Part shown: one piece after another, positions 27,190 through 33,925 of the stretch | How positions within the stretch are numbered: position 1 is the first letter of the stretch | How the letters are laid out: each line of letters begins with the position of its first letter | Virus record (IMG/VR): IMGVR_UViG_3300022178_000294 | Span: 1 to 36,630 of that record | DNA length: 36,630 nucleotides | Reading direction: 5' to 3' (one strand) | Origin: a virus | Lineage: Duplodnaviria; Caudoviricetes | Notes under the pieces: generated by a model | What the model saw: the letters and a program-made list of their open reading frames with translations, nothing else | Databases searched by the model: none | What the model was told of the DNA's origin: nothing | Program-made: the position numbers and the translations under genes

Positions 27190-27416
27190 CTAAATATACT
27201 GGATTAGAACACTTTGAAAAAGTACAAGATCTTAATTCTAAAGTACAAGATGTTCATTATGCTTTTACTAAAAAGATATCAGATGTTGTTATACAACAAG
27301 GTGAGAGCATAGTTAAATTAGAGAACGCTATGTTACAACTACAAGAAAGATTAAGTAAAGTAGAGTTCGAAGATGAACATGAAAGAAAATCTATAGGAGG
27401 AACAACAGATGACTGA
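27186..27416 (+). CDS. Hypothetical coiled-coil protein
   Basis: AAGGAG SD and ATGA overlap. Confidence 0.7.
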   Translation: MTKYTGLEHFEKVQDLNSKVQDVHYAFTKKISDVVIQQGESIVKLENAMLQLQERLSKVEFEDEHERKSIGGTTDD

Positions 27417-27777
27417 AGAACAAATTACTGCTAGAAAAGTAGCAGATCTAAATGATCAATTACGCAAAGATATGTTTACTGGTAATATGCTTAAAAAACA
27501 TAATCTTAAAAACAAATTAGTAATGACACCTGGCATTGCTGGTTACAATTTAAAAGATAAAGAAAAAATATTTGCTTCTGTTAAATATTATGGAAACTTT
27601 ACCAAAGACAATAATCCTTATGGAGAAAAAGATTTTGGTAGTTTTAATTTTAAAAAACAGAAATTCTTTTGGAAAATAGATTATTATGACAATGACATGA
27701 AAATGCATAGTCCTGATAAAACTGATCCTGATAAAACATCTAGAGTATTAACTATAATGAAAGCTGAAGAATACTAA
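27409..27777 (+). CDS. DUF3768-family protein
   Basis: LND.LR...N.PYGE.DFG...FWKIDYYD...S.D..DP..T.RVLTIM.A.EY. Confidence 0.85.
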   Translation: MTEEQITARKVADLNDQLRKDMFTGNMLKKHNLKNKLVMTPGIAGYNLKDKEKIFASVKYYGNFTKDNNPYGEKDFGSFNFKKQKFFWKIDYYDNDMKMHSPDKTDPDKTSRVLTIMKAEEY

Positions 27778-27907
27778 GAACATTCCTAATACAGTGGTTA
27801 TTATGCAGATAACGAGGTAGATATAGCCTAGCTTACTAAGTATATCATTAGGAATTAGGGGAATATATAATAAGCGTTAGAGCTTAACGTATTCCCCAGC
27901 GCTTTTC

Positions 27908-27935
27908 TTGACAAACCGAACTATATTCAGATATT
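27908..27935 (+). promoter_or_regulatory. Putative promoter giving a near-leaderless HTH mRNA
   Basis: TTGACA at 27908, GATATT at 27930, ATG at 27943. Confidence 0.45.
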
Positions 27936-27942
27936 AAAAGGT

Positions 27943-28200
27943 ATGTCTAATAAAGAACTAGGTATATTCTTTGACACAGTTATACCACAATTTGTAGAAC
28001 GCAGAAAAACCTTAGGTTTATCACAATCAAGGCTTGATGAAATGATTGGTTGTGCTAGAGGTTTAGTATCAAAATGGGAAGTAGGTATAAGAAAACCTAG
28101 TGGATTTCTATTCTGTTGTTGGGCCAATGCGTTAGAATGTCATATAAAAATCAAACCAAAAAAAACCGAATTAAAGTCGGAACACACTTCGACACATTAA
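27943..28200 (+). CDS. XRE/Cro-CI family HTH regulator
   Basis: RRK.LGLSQ..L...IG.....VSKWE.G.RKPS. Confidence 0.85.
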   Translation: MSNKELGIFFDTVIPQFVERRKTLGLSQSRLDEMIGCARGLVSKWEVGIRKPSGFLFCCWANALECHIKIKPKKTELKSEHTSTH

Positions 28201-28337
28201 CGCCACATAACAAGATTATATATAAAGAAAAAAATCAACCTAATGGCTGTAGCTGCAAGGGTGATGATTTAGTATATGGCAATGGTACATATTGGTATTG
28301 TAGTAAATGTCATTTAAATCAATGGGGGAAACAATGA
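28137..28337 (+). CDS. Small putative zinc-binding protein
   Basis: CSC...WYCSKCH. Start position uncertain. Confidence 0.5.
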   Translation: MSYKNQTKKNRIKVGTHFDTLTPHNKIIYKEKNQPNGCSCKGDDLVYGNGTYWYCSKCHLNQWGKQ

Positions 28338-28483
28338 TTGAAATACTAACATTCATAGATGAATTAAAAGAACTAAAACCAGTAATAGTATCTTTAGATG
28401 ATAGCGTAGAAGATACTGATACTAAAATAAATCAACTAATAAAAAAATATGAAAGGATAGTTAATGATAATCAACAAGACTAG
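28334..28483 (+). CDS. Hypothetical 49-aa protein
   Basis: MIEILTFIDELKELKPVIVSLDD...QQD*, ATGA-coupled, fills the gap between ORFs. Confidence 0.6.
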   Translation: MIEILTFIDELKELKPVIVSLDDSVEDTDTKINQLIKKYERIVNDNQQD

Positions 28484-28745
28484 TCCTAGTTATTACCATA
28501 ACAATAAACCAGAACTAACCGAATTAATAAGAGCTTGGGGTTTAGATTTTTGTGAAGGAAATGCTGTGAAATATATTCGCAGACATAGGAAAAAAAATAA
28601 AGAACAAGATATACTAAAAGCAATTTGGTATTTAACAAACATACTGGAGAAAGAATATGGCAACAACTCTGCTAAAAGCATTAGGGAAGCAATTACAAAA
28701 ATTGAACATCAAACTGCCCTCAAAACATCAAGACCATATAGATAG
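28464..28745 (+). CDS. DUF3310 (T7 gp1.7 / SaV-like) protein
   Basis: P.YY....E...I.....F..GN..KYI.R...KN..QD..KA.WYL. Confidence 0.85.
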   Translation: MIINKTSPSYYHNNKPELTELIRAWGLDFCEGNAVKYIRRHRKKNKEQDILKAIWYLTNILEKEYGNNSAKSIREAITKIEHQTALKTSRPYR

Positions 28746-28983
28746 AAAACGTAGTCTACAAAATTTTGTTTGTGTGTTAGCTATACAATATCTTGAAAGT
28801 GATATGTATAGATACTTCATCAAACATTATATGAGTCAGCGTGTGGCTGATAATCGTAAAGTAAAACCAATCGAAAATTATATATGGAGGAGGTACAATC
28901 ATGGGAGATCGACTAGGGATATGGAACGAGATCAACGAAATGTACACAGACGACAACAAATTAGAGAAAGGAGCGTTAACTAG
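28657..28983 (+). CDS. Hypothetical protein
   Basis: GGAG SD. 108 aa, overlapping both neighbours. Confidence 0.6.
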   Translation: MATTLLKALGKQLQKLNIKLPSKHQDHIDRKRSLQNFVCVLAIQYLESDMYRYFIKHYMSQRVADNRKVKPIENYIWRRYNHGRSTRDMERDQRNVHRRQQIRERSVN

Positions 28984-29215
28984 ATGGGAAAAGGAAATGG
29001 TAAACTTAAACAACCAGACAGACCAACAGGCATTGGAGGTACTGATGCAATTCGTATTACAGAAGGCACATGGAAAGATCTTTGGCTTGAGAAAATTGGC
29101 AAAGTCGAAAGAAAAGACCTTTCAAGTGTACTGCCAGTTCAACTCGGAATATTTACCGAAGAATTTAATAGACGATGGTATCAGGAAGTTACTAAAGAAA
29201 GGGTTGTTAATATAG
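28901..29215 (+). CDS. Hypothetical protein overlapping the exonuclease gene
   Basis: Strong GGAGGAGG SD before ATG 28901. Confidence 0.5.
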   Translation: MGDRLGIWNEINEMYTDDNKLEKGALTRWEKEMVNLNNQTDQQALEVLMQFVLQKAHGKIFGLRKLAKSKEKTFQVYCQFNSEYLPKNLIDDGIRKLLKKGLLI

Positions 29216-29634
29216 GTGATATATTTACACACCCACAATATGATTACATCTATGGTAGTTTAGATGGAGTAGCAAAAGGCAAAGTGTTTGAAGCTAAACA
29301 CGTTAATGCATTTGTTAAAGATCAAAACATTATAGATAAATATTATGCTCAAGTGCAACATTACATGATGGTAACAGGTTTTAGTAAAGCTGTGTTATCT
29401 GTGTTAAGAGGTAACTTAGGTTATAATATATTTACTATTGAAAGGGATAAGCCTTTTCAAAGAAAACTAGAAATCGCCTGTCACTTATTTTGGTTTCATG
29501 TAATGAATAACATAGAGCCACCAGAATATATTGACTTTGATCTTATGGAGAAAATAAACAATGAAGATGACATCGAAAGACATTTTGGAACAGAAATATC
29601 CTCTGACGGCTGGTTACAAGGAAAACTCAACTAG
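28984..29634 (+). CDS. YqaJ / lambda-exonuclease family protein
   Basis: GIGG.D, LW.EK.G, G...E, SLDG, FEAK, YYAQVQHYM.VTG motifs. Confidence 0.9.
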   Translation: MGKGNGKLKQPDRPTGIGGTDAIRITEGTWKDLWLEKIGKVERKDLSSVLPVQLGIFTEEFNRRWYQEVTKERVVNIGDIFTHPQYDYIYGSLDGVAKGKVFEAKHVNAFVKDQNIIDKYYAQVQHYMMVTGFSKAVLSVLRGNLGYNIFTIERDKPFQRKLEIACHLFWFHVMNNIEPPEYIDFDLMEKINNEDDIERHFGTEISSDGWLQGKLN

Positions 29635-29887
29635 CAAAGAAGCAGCAAAAAAGATTGATTCACGATCTACTAATTTGCGAACAGAATGTTTAAAGATAAT
29701 AAAACGACAAGGTAATTATGGTGCTACACCAGAAGAAGCAGCAGAAATATTATCAGAAAGTATATTATCTATTAGACCAAGATTTACCGAACTTAAATTA
29801 TTGAAATATATAATTGATTCTGGTGACAGAAGAATAAATAGTTTTGGTAGTACAACAAAAGTATGGAGGTACAATGACGACAGATAA
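29561..29887 (+). CDS. Winged-helix DNA-binding protein
   Basis: G.T.EE....L......S...R..EL.....I.DSG.RR. Confidence 0.7.
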   Translation: MKMTSKDILEQKYPLTAGYKENSTSKEAAKKIDSRSTNLRTECLKIIKRQGNYGATPEEAAEILSESILSIRPRFTELKLLKYIIDSGDRRINSFGSTTKVWRYNDDR

Positions 29888-30368
29888 AAGAAATGTATGG
29901 GATAGTTTAAAAGAAACTGATCCTAGATTTACTAAACGCATCAATAAAGGTTTTGGTGACATAACTACTATTGATCCACAATGGCAGATTATGAAAATAA
30001 CAGAGGAGTTTGGTCCAGTAGGTACTGGTTGGACATACCGAGTTGATTATACATATCATGGTATGGACAGTAATCAAACTGCTGTTGTAGCTGCTGAAGT
30101 ATCAGTAGCAACTAATAAAAACAAAGAAGGCTTTTGGGATTTCTATGGGCCGGTTTGTTCACCTTTAAAAATGTATAGAAAAACTGGTGCATTAGATGAC
30201 GAAGCACCAAAGAAAGCTATGACAGATGCATTAACAAAAGCGTTCAGTCACTTAGGACTTTGTTCTGATATATTTATGGGCAAATTTGATGATTCAAAAT
30301 ATGTTCAAAAGTTAGAAGAAAAATATTCTGGCAAATCAGATCCAAGCAAAGTTACTAAAACTACATAG
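29874..30368 (+). CDS. Rad52/Sak-like single-strand annealing protein
   Basis: TE.FGP.G.GW and D.APKKA.TDAL.KA...LG...D motifs, next to the exonuclease. Confidence 0.7.
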   Translation: MTTDKRNVWDSLKETDPRFTKRINKGFGDITTIDPQWQIMKITEEFGPVGTGWTYRVDYTYHGMDSNQTAVVAAEVSVATNKNKEGFWDFYGPVCSPLKMYRKTGALDDEAPKKAMTDALTKAFSHLGLCSDIFMGKFDDSKYVQKLEEKYSGKSDPSKVTKTT

Positions 30369-30370
30369 TC

Positions 30371-30429
30371 GCCTAATAACTGGGGATAGCGTGCAGGTCA
30401 GTTATTGGGCTTGTCTCTTGCCTGTACGC
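30371..30429 (+). ncRNA. H-type RNA pseudoknot (cis-regulatory)
   Basis: S1 pairs 30371-82 with 30399-410 (12 bp), S2 pairs 30389-97 with 30421-29 (9 bp), each with one G-U. Confidence 0.65.
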
Positions 30430-30446
30430 AACTAAAAGGAGTAAGT

Positions 30447-30611
30447 ATGAATTATAAAGATAAATTTAAAGATCCAATAGTTTATGATAAATCTTTTGTT
30501 ATTTATTCTTGTGATAAAGATTTAACAGCAGAAGAATTAAATAAAATATTAAAAGAATTTAATGTAACTACAAGAGAACTAGAAGATGATGAAGTCATCT
30601 ATCATATATAG
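30447..30611 (+). CDS. Hypothetical protein
   Basis: AAAAGGAG SD before ATG 30447. Confidence 0.7.
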   Translation: MNYKDKFKDPIVYDKSFVIYSCDKDLTAEELNKILKEFNVTTRELEDDEVIYHI

Positions 30612-30619
30612 GAGGAAGT

Positions 30620-30916
30620 ATGACAGTAAATGATTTACTACATTCATTGGTATTACAAGGTCATAAAATACCAACTAAATTAATACCACCAATAGAAGCT
30701 GAATATTATTCTAACAGTAAAAAAGAATATAAAACAGTAGGTGAAATGGATTTATTTCATATGTTGTTTGCCTTTATTAAAGGCGTAGACAGTGATGTAA
30801 AAACACAAGAAAATACTGATAGAGCTTTAACAATTAATAAAGCTGATATAAGATGGCATTTGAGAAACGCTCAAACTTGTCTTAATAATATAGAAGGAGT
30901 ATTAGATGATAAATAA
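30620..30916 (+). CDS. Hypothetical protein
   Basis: AGGAGG SD and YYS.SK.....V.EM...H motif. Confidence 0.7.
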   Translation: MTVNDLLHSLVLQGHKIPTKLIPPIEAEYYSNSKKEYKTVGEMDLFHMLFAFIKGVDSDVKTQENTDRALTINKADIRWHLRNAQTCLNNIEGVLDDK

Positions 30917-31313
30917 AGTAATCCTATTAGGTCGTGTTGGTAGCGATCCTGAAGTAAAAGTATCTACCAGAGAAGAAAAGTTTGCTGGTTTTTCATTAGC
31001 AACTTCAGAAAGATTTAAAAATAAATCTGGTGAGTGGCAAGAAAAAACACAATGGCATAGACTTGTATGTTGGGATCCTAACATTGCAAAAACAATAGAG
31101 CAATATGTTAAGAAAGGCACTATGTTATACATAGAAGGTCAAATAGAAACCAGACAGTATGACCACAATGGTGAAACCAAATATGTAACAGAAATAATTG
31201 TACCTAGATACAAAGGTATTCTTAAAATGATTGGGGGCAAGAGTGACAGTTCTAAAGTTTCAACGCAAACTAACACTAGAACAGAAAGTCCAACAGAAGA
31301 TATCCCGTTCTAA
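30906..31313 (+). CDS. ssb: Single-stranded DNA-binding protein
   Basis: NKVIL.G..G.DPE...W.E.T.WH...KG...YIEG...TR.Y and C-terminal DIPF tail. Confidence 0.95.
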   Translation: MINKVILLGRVGSDPEVKVSTREEKFAGFSLATSERFKNKSGEWQEKTQWHRLVCWDPNIAKTIEQYVKKGTMLYIEGQIETRQYDHNGETKYVTEIIVPRYKGILKMIGGKSDSSKVSTQTNTRTESPTEDIPF

Positions 31314-31449
31314 TTTTTATGAATGTTCTTCATGTGATAAAAAATATATGCAAGATAATCTTATAGCTTACATACCTACTAATCAAAACAGAGCTGAATC
31401 CTGTGATTGGTATTGTATTAGATGCTATAATAAAAAGTTTAATACTTAG
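31231..31449 (+). CDS. Small zinc-finger protein
   Basis: CSSC...CIRC. Start position uncertain. Confidence 0.5.
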   Translation: MGARVTVLKFQRKLTLEQKVQQKISRSNFYECSSCDKKYMQDNLIAYIPTNQNRAESCDWYCIRCYNKKFNT

Positions 31450-31544
31450 ACATGGTAGGGAGCCTCCTTTCTCATACTGATATGATGCCAGAGGTTGTTT
31501 TTAATTTTTTAATTACTCTATAATTATATCGCGAGTATTAAAAT

Positions 31545-31585
31545 AGGGGGAATATAGCTGATATATCTATAAACCCCCTTTTTTT
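31545..31585 (+). terminator. Terminator between convergent arms
   Basis: AGGGGG..TATAG...CTATA..CCCCCT followed by a T-run. Confidence 0.6.
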
Positions 31586-31665
31586 CATTAATGGGAGGAT
31601 AATGAAACTCTTGTGTATGATTGATCCTAAACCGTATCTTTCGGTATTGTATGCTCAAATATGAG

Positions 31666-32103
31666 CTACTTTTTAACTAAACTTCCACCAAAATACAGAC
31701 CAATGATAGCTGACATCAAATGAGTGTCTAATGGAGTAATTATTAGACCACTAAATTCTTTATCCATAACAATTTCTTTTTTTTCTATTAAAAATAAAAA
31801 TCCTCTAGTAAATTCTGTCCAAGTTAATACCACAGTAGTATCAAAAAATACTGGTGCTATCTTGGGCCAGGCAATAATAAAAAACACAGCAGTCAATGCT
31901 ATGATCCTACGAGTAAATTGAAACCCTTTGTTATCATAATTTCTAGCATCGCTAATATGTTTCATTTGGTTATCAGATCTAGCCAATAACATTTTCTGTT
32001 CGTCTTGTTTTGCTTTAATTGACTGTGACCATAAAGACATAAAACCACCTAAGACAGAACTGCCTAACATGGTAATCATTTCTACTGGTAAGCCACCTAA
32101 CAT
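31666..32103 (-). CDS. Membrane protein, holin-like (3TM-holin type)
   Basis: Three hydrophobic segments, a TRR..A motif and C-terminal IIGLYFG. Confidence 0.55.
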   Translation of the reverse strand: MLGGLPVEMITMLGSSVLGGFMSLWSQSIKAKQDEQKMLLARSDNQMKHISDARNYDNKGFQFTRRIIALTAVFFIIAWPKIAPVFFDTTVVLTWTEFTRGFLFLIEKKEIVMDKEFSGLIITPLDTHLMSAIIGLYFGGSLVKK

Positions 32104-32220
32104 TTAGGCAGCCCAACCAACTATAACAACTATTGCAACAACTGCTAATCCACCTACTGCAATTTTTCCTCTTCTACTCAAAGAGTACATACCTAGTTTT
32201 TTCCAAATACTTTTAATCAT
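32104..32220 (-). CDS. Single-TM micropeptide, 38 aa
   Basis: MIKSIWKKLGMYSLSRRGKIAVGGLAVVAIVVIVGWAA*, exactly filling the gap. Confidence 0.7.
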   Translation of the reverse strand: MIKSIWKKLGMYSLSRRGKIAVGGLAVVAIVVIVGWAA

Positions 32221-32971
32221 ATTCTCTCTCCAATCTATCCATTGAAATAAAGTTTACTTCTTGGACATGATTATCCCAAATGCCTAACTCAGTAACACAC
32301 CAAGACCAGCCATTCATGTTTAACTTAGCATATTCTTCTATATGACCATGGGGTAAAGAGCAACCGACATTTACAATCCTAACCCATTTGTCGTACCCTA
32401 TCTTAATAGCCTTCCAATCCCTAGCTTTATGGGTATGACCAAATACTAAGTCATGTATACTGTCATTTCCTATCTGTACTTCACCATTTTTACCACCATA
32501 TTCTTTGCCCATTATATTTAATGGTGCATGAACAAACCCTACACCAGCTATAAATTTAAATTCACCATATTCAGATACACTCCAACCATATTCTTTAAAT
32601 GAAGAATATAACTGATGTTTCATCATACCTTGTATCTCAGGTATATTTTCTTCAAACCTATGTATGCGCAGCTCATGGTTTCCCATACAAAAATGTCTAG
32701 GGTAATCAACTACATACTTATCTAAAATTTTTAATGCAGATTTCATAGAAGTAATGTCTACCATAAAAGCATCTTTTAACTTACCTTGTTGCGTACTATT
32801 CTTTTGAAAAAAACTAAGAGAATCTAAACTAGAAAAATCTCCTATGTGAACAATGTAATCTGGTTTTGATTTACGAATGTGCTTACCAATCCAATGAAAC
32901 CTATTCTGAGGAATATGTGGACTGTCATGAGTATCACCAATGACAAGGACTTTGTGTCCTTTGAATTTCAT
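32213..32971 (-). CDS. Calcineurin-like metallophosphoesterase
   Basis: GDTH, IGD, GNHE, H and GHTH motifs all present. Confidence 0.9.
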   Translation of the reverse strand: MKFKGHKVLVIGDTHDSPHIPQNRFHWIGKHIRKSKPDYIVHIGDFSSLDSLSFFQKNSTQQGKLKDAFMVDITSMKSALKILDKYVVDYPRHFCMGNHELRIHRFEENIPEIQGMMKHQLYSSFKEYGWSVSEYGEFKFIAGVGFVHAPLNIMGKEYGGKNGEVQIGNDSIHDLVFGHTHKARDWKAIKIGYDKWVRIVNVGCSLPHGHIEEYAKLNMNGWSWCVTELGIWDNHVQEVNFISMDRLEREYD

Positions 32972-33175
32972 TTAACCGTTATAATTAAATAACTTCAAGG
33001 TTGTAAAGATAATAATAAGTATAGAGCCTATCCAAGCTACAGCTTTTAATGCTCCTCTACCAGTAGCCATTTCTTGTTTTAACAAGGAAACTTCTTCTTT
33101 ATTAGCACGAACATCAGACTTAATCTCATCAAGAGTTTTAGTTATTTGTATGTATTGCTGCTCCCAATTAGACAT
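32972..33175 (-). CDS. Coiled-coil + C-terminal TM protein (holin/XhlA-like)
   Basis: Probable start MSNWEQQ after a GAGGA SD. TM segment AVAWIGSILIIIFTTL. Confidence 0.6.
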   Translation of the reverse strand: MSNWEQQYIQITKTLDEIKSDVRANKEEVSLLKQEMATGRGALKAVAWIGSILIIIFTTLKLFNYNG

Positions 33176-33377
33176 CAGATCCTCTGCTACCACATCTAAA
33201 TACTACAGTTAGTTTTCTTTCTTTTAAATCAGCATCAAGATAATCAGCTAAATTATTTTTTGCTAAATTACATTCTAAGTTATCATTAAAGTTTAAAGGT
33301 ACTTCACTTTTAAAACATAGCGTTTGATCTAGCTCACCTACATTAAGCATACAGATCATAGCAAATATTTTAAACAT
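33168..33377 (-). CDS. Small Cys-containing hypothetical protein
   Basis: 69 aa, 4 Cys, TAATG-coupled. Confidence 0.6.
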   Translation of the reverse strand: MFKIFAMICMLNVGELDQTLCFKSEVPLNFNDNLECNLAKNNLADYLDADLKERKLTVVFRCGSRGSDV

Positions 33378-33925
33378 TATTTAAGCTGCGAAAGAGGATT
33401 GTCTAAAGTCATTTTAATTCTTTTATCGACATCTTCTTCAAGTTTAATAATACTATCAGTAACTTTTTTATCTAACTTATTCATAGCAGCAGTTAATTCT
33501 TCTTCAAGTTTAGCTGCATCATCATCAATACTATTAATAGTTTCTTTTAATTCCTTCTCATTAGTACGAGCATCTTCTTTAACTCGTTGCTCTACATCTT
33601 CTACAATAGTTTCTATTCTACGAACATCAGATTTTAAATCGTTCTTTAATTCTTTAGCTACATCTGCAACTAATGCTACTTCATCAAGTATCATTGTCAT
33701 TTCAGATTGCATCATAGTAACTTCTTGTTGTATTAAATCTAAACGTTTATCAAATCCTGATAAATCAGGAGCTGAGTATGACGTAATCTTTTTACGCATA
33801 GATTCATAATCTTTATAAAACTCAAATCCTCCCCACAATGCACCACCTAATGTTGATAGTGCTGTAAGGATAACAAAAATTTTGCCACCTCTAAATTTTA
33901 CTCCACCTAGTTCTACTTCTGCCAT
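33377..33925 (-). CDS. N-terminal TM + long coiled-coil protein
   Basis: TM IFVILTALSTLGGALWGGF followed by ~130 aa of heptads. Confidence 0.75.
   Translation of the reverse strand: MAEVELGGVKFRGGKIFVILTALSTLGGALWGGFEFYKDYESMRKKITSYSAPDLSGFDKRLDLIQQEVTMMQSEMTMILDEVALVADVAKELKNDLKSDVRRIETIVEDVEQRVKEDARTNEKELKETINSIDDDAAKLEEELTAAMNKLDKKVTDSIIKLEEDVDKRIKMTLDNPLSQLK

Noticed and set aside
30366-30611. Pseudoknot-stimulated readthrough fusing the SSAP to the 30447 gene
   Set aside because: The genes are in the same frame, but a second in-frame TAG at 30387 intervenes and no canonical slippery heptamer precedes the structure.
25057-31665. tRNA genes, integrase/attP or mobile introns
   Set aside because: No cloverleaf with T-arm consensus, no recombinase motifs and no interrupted core genes were seen.
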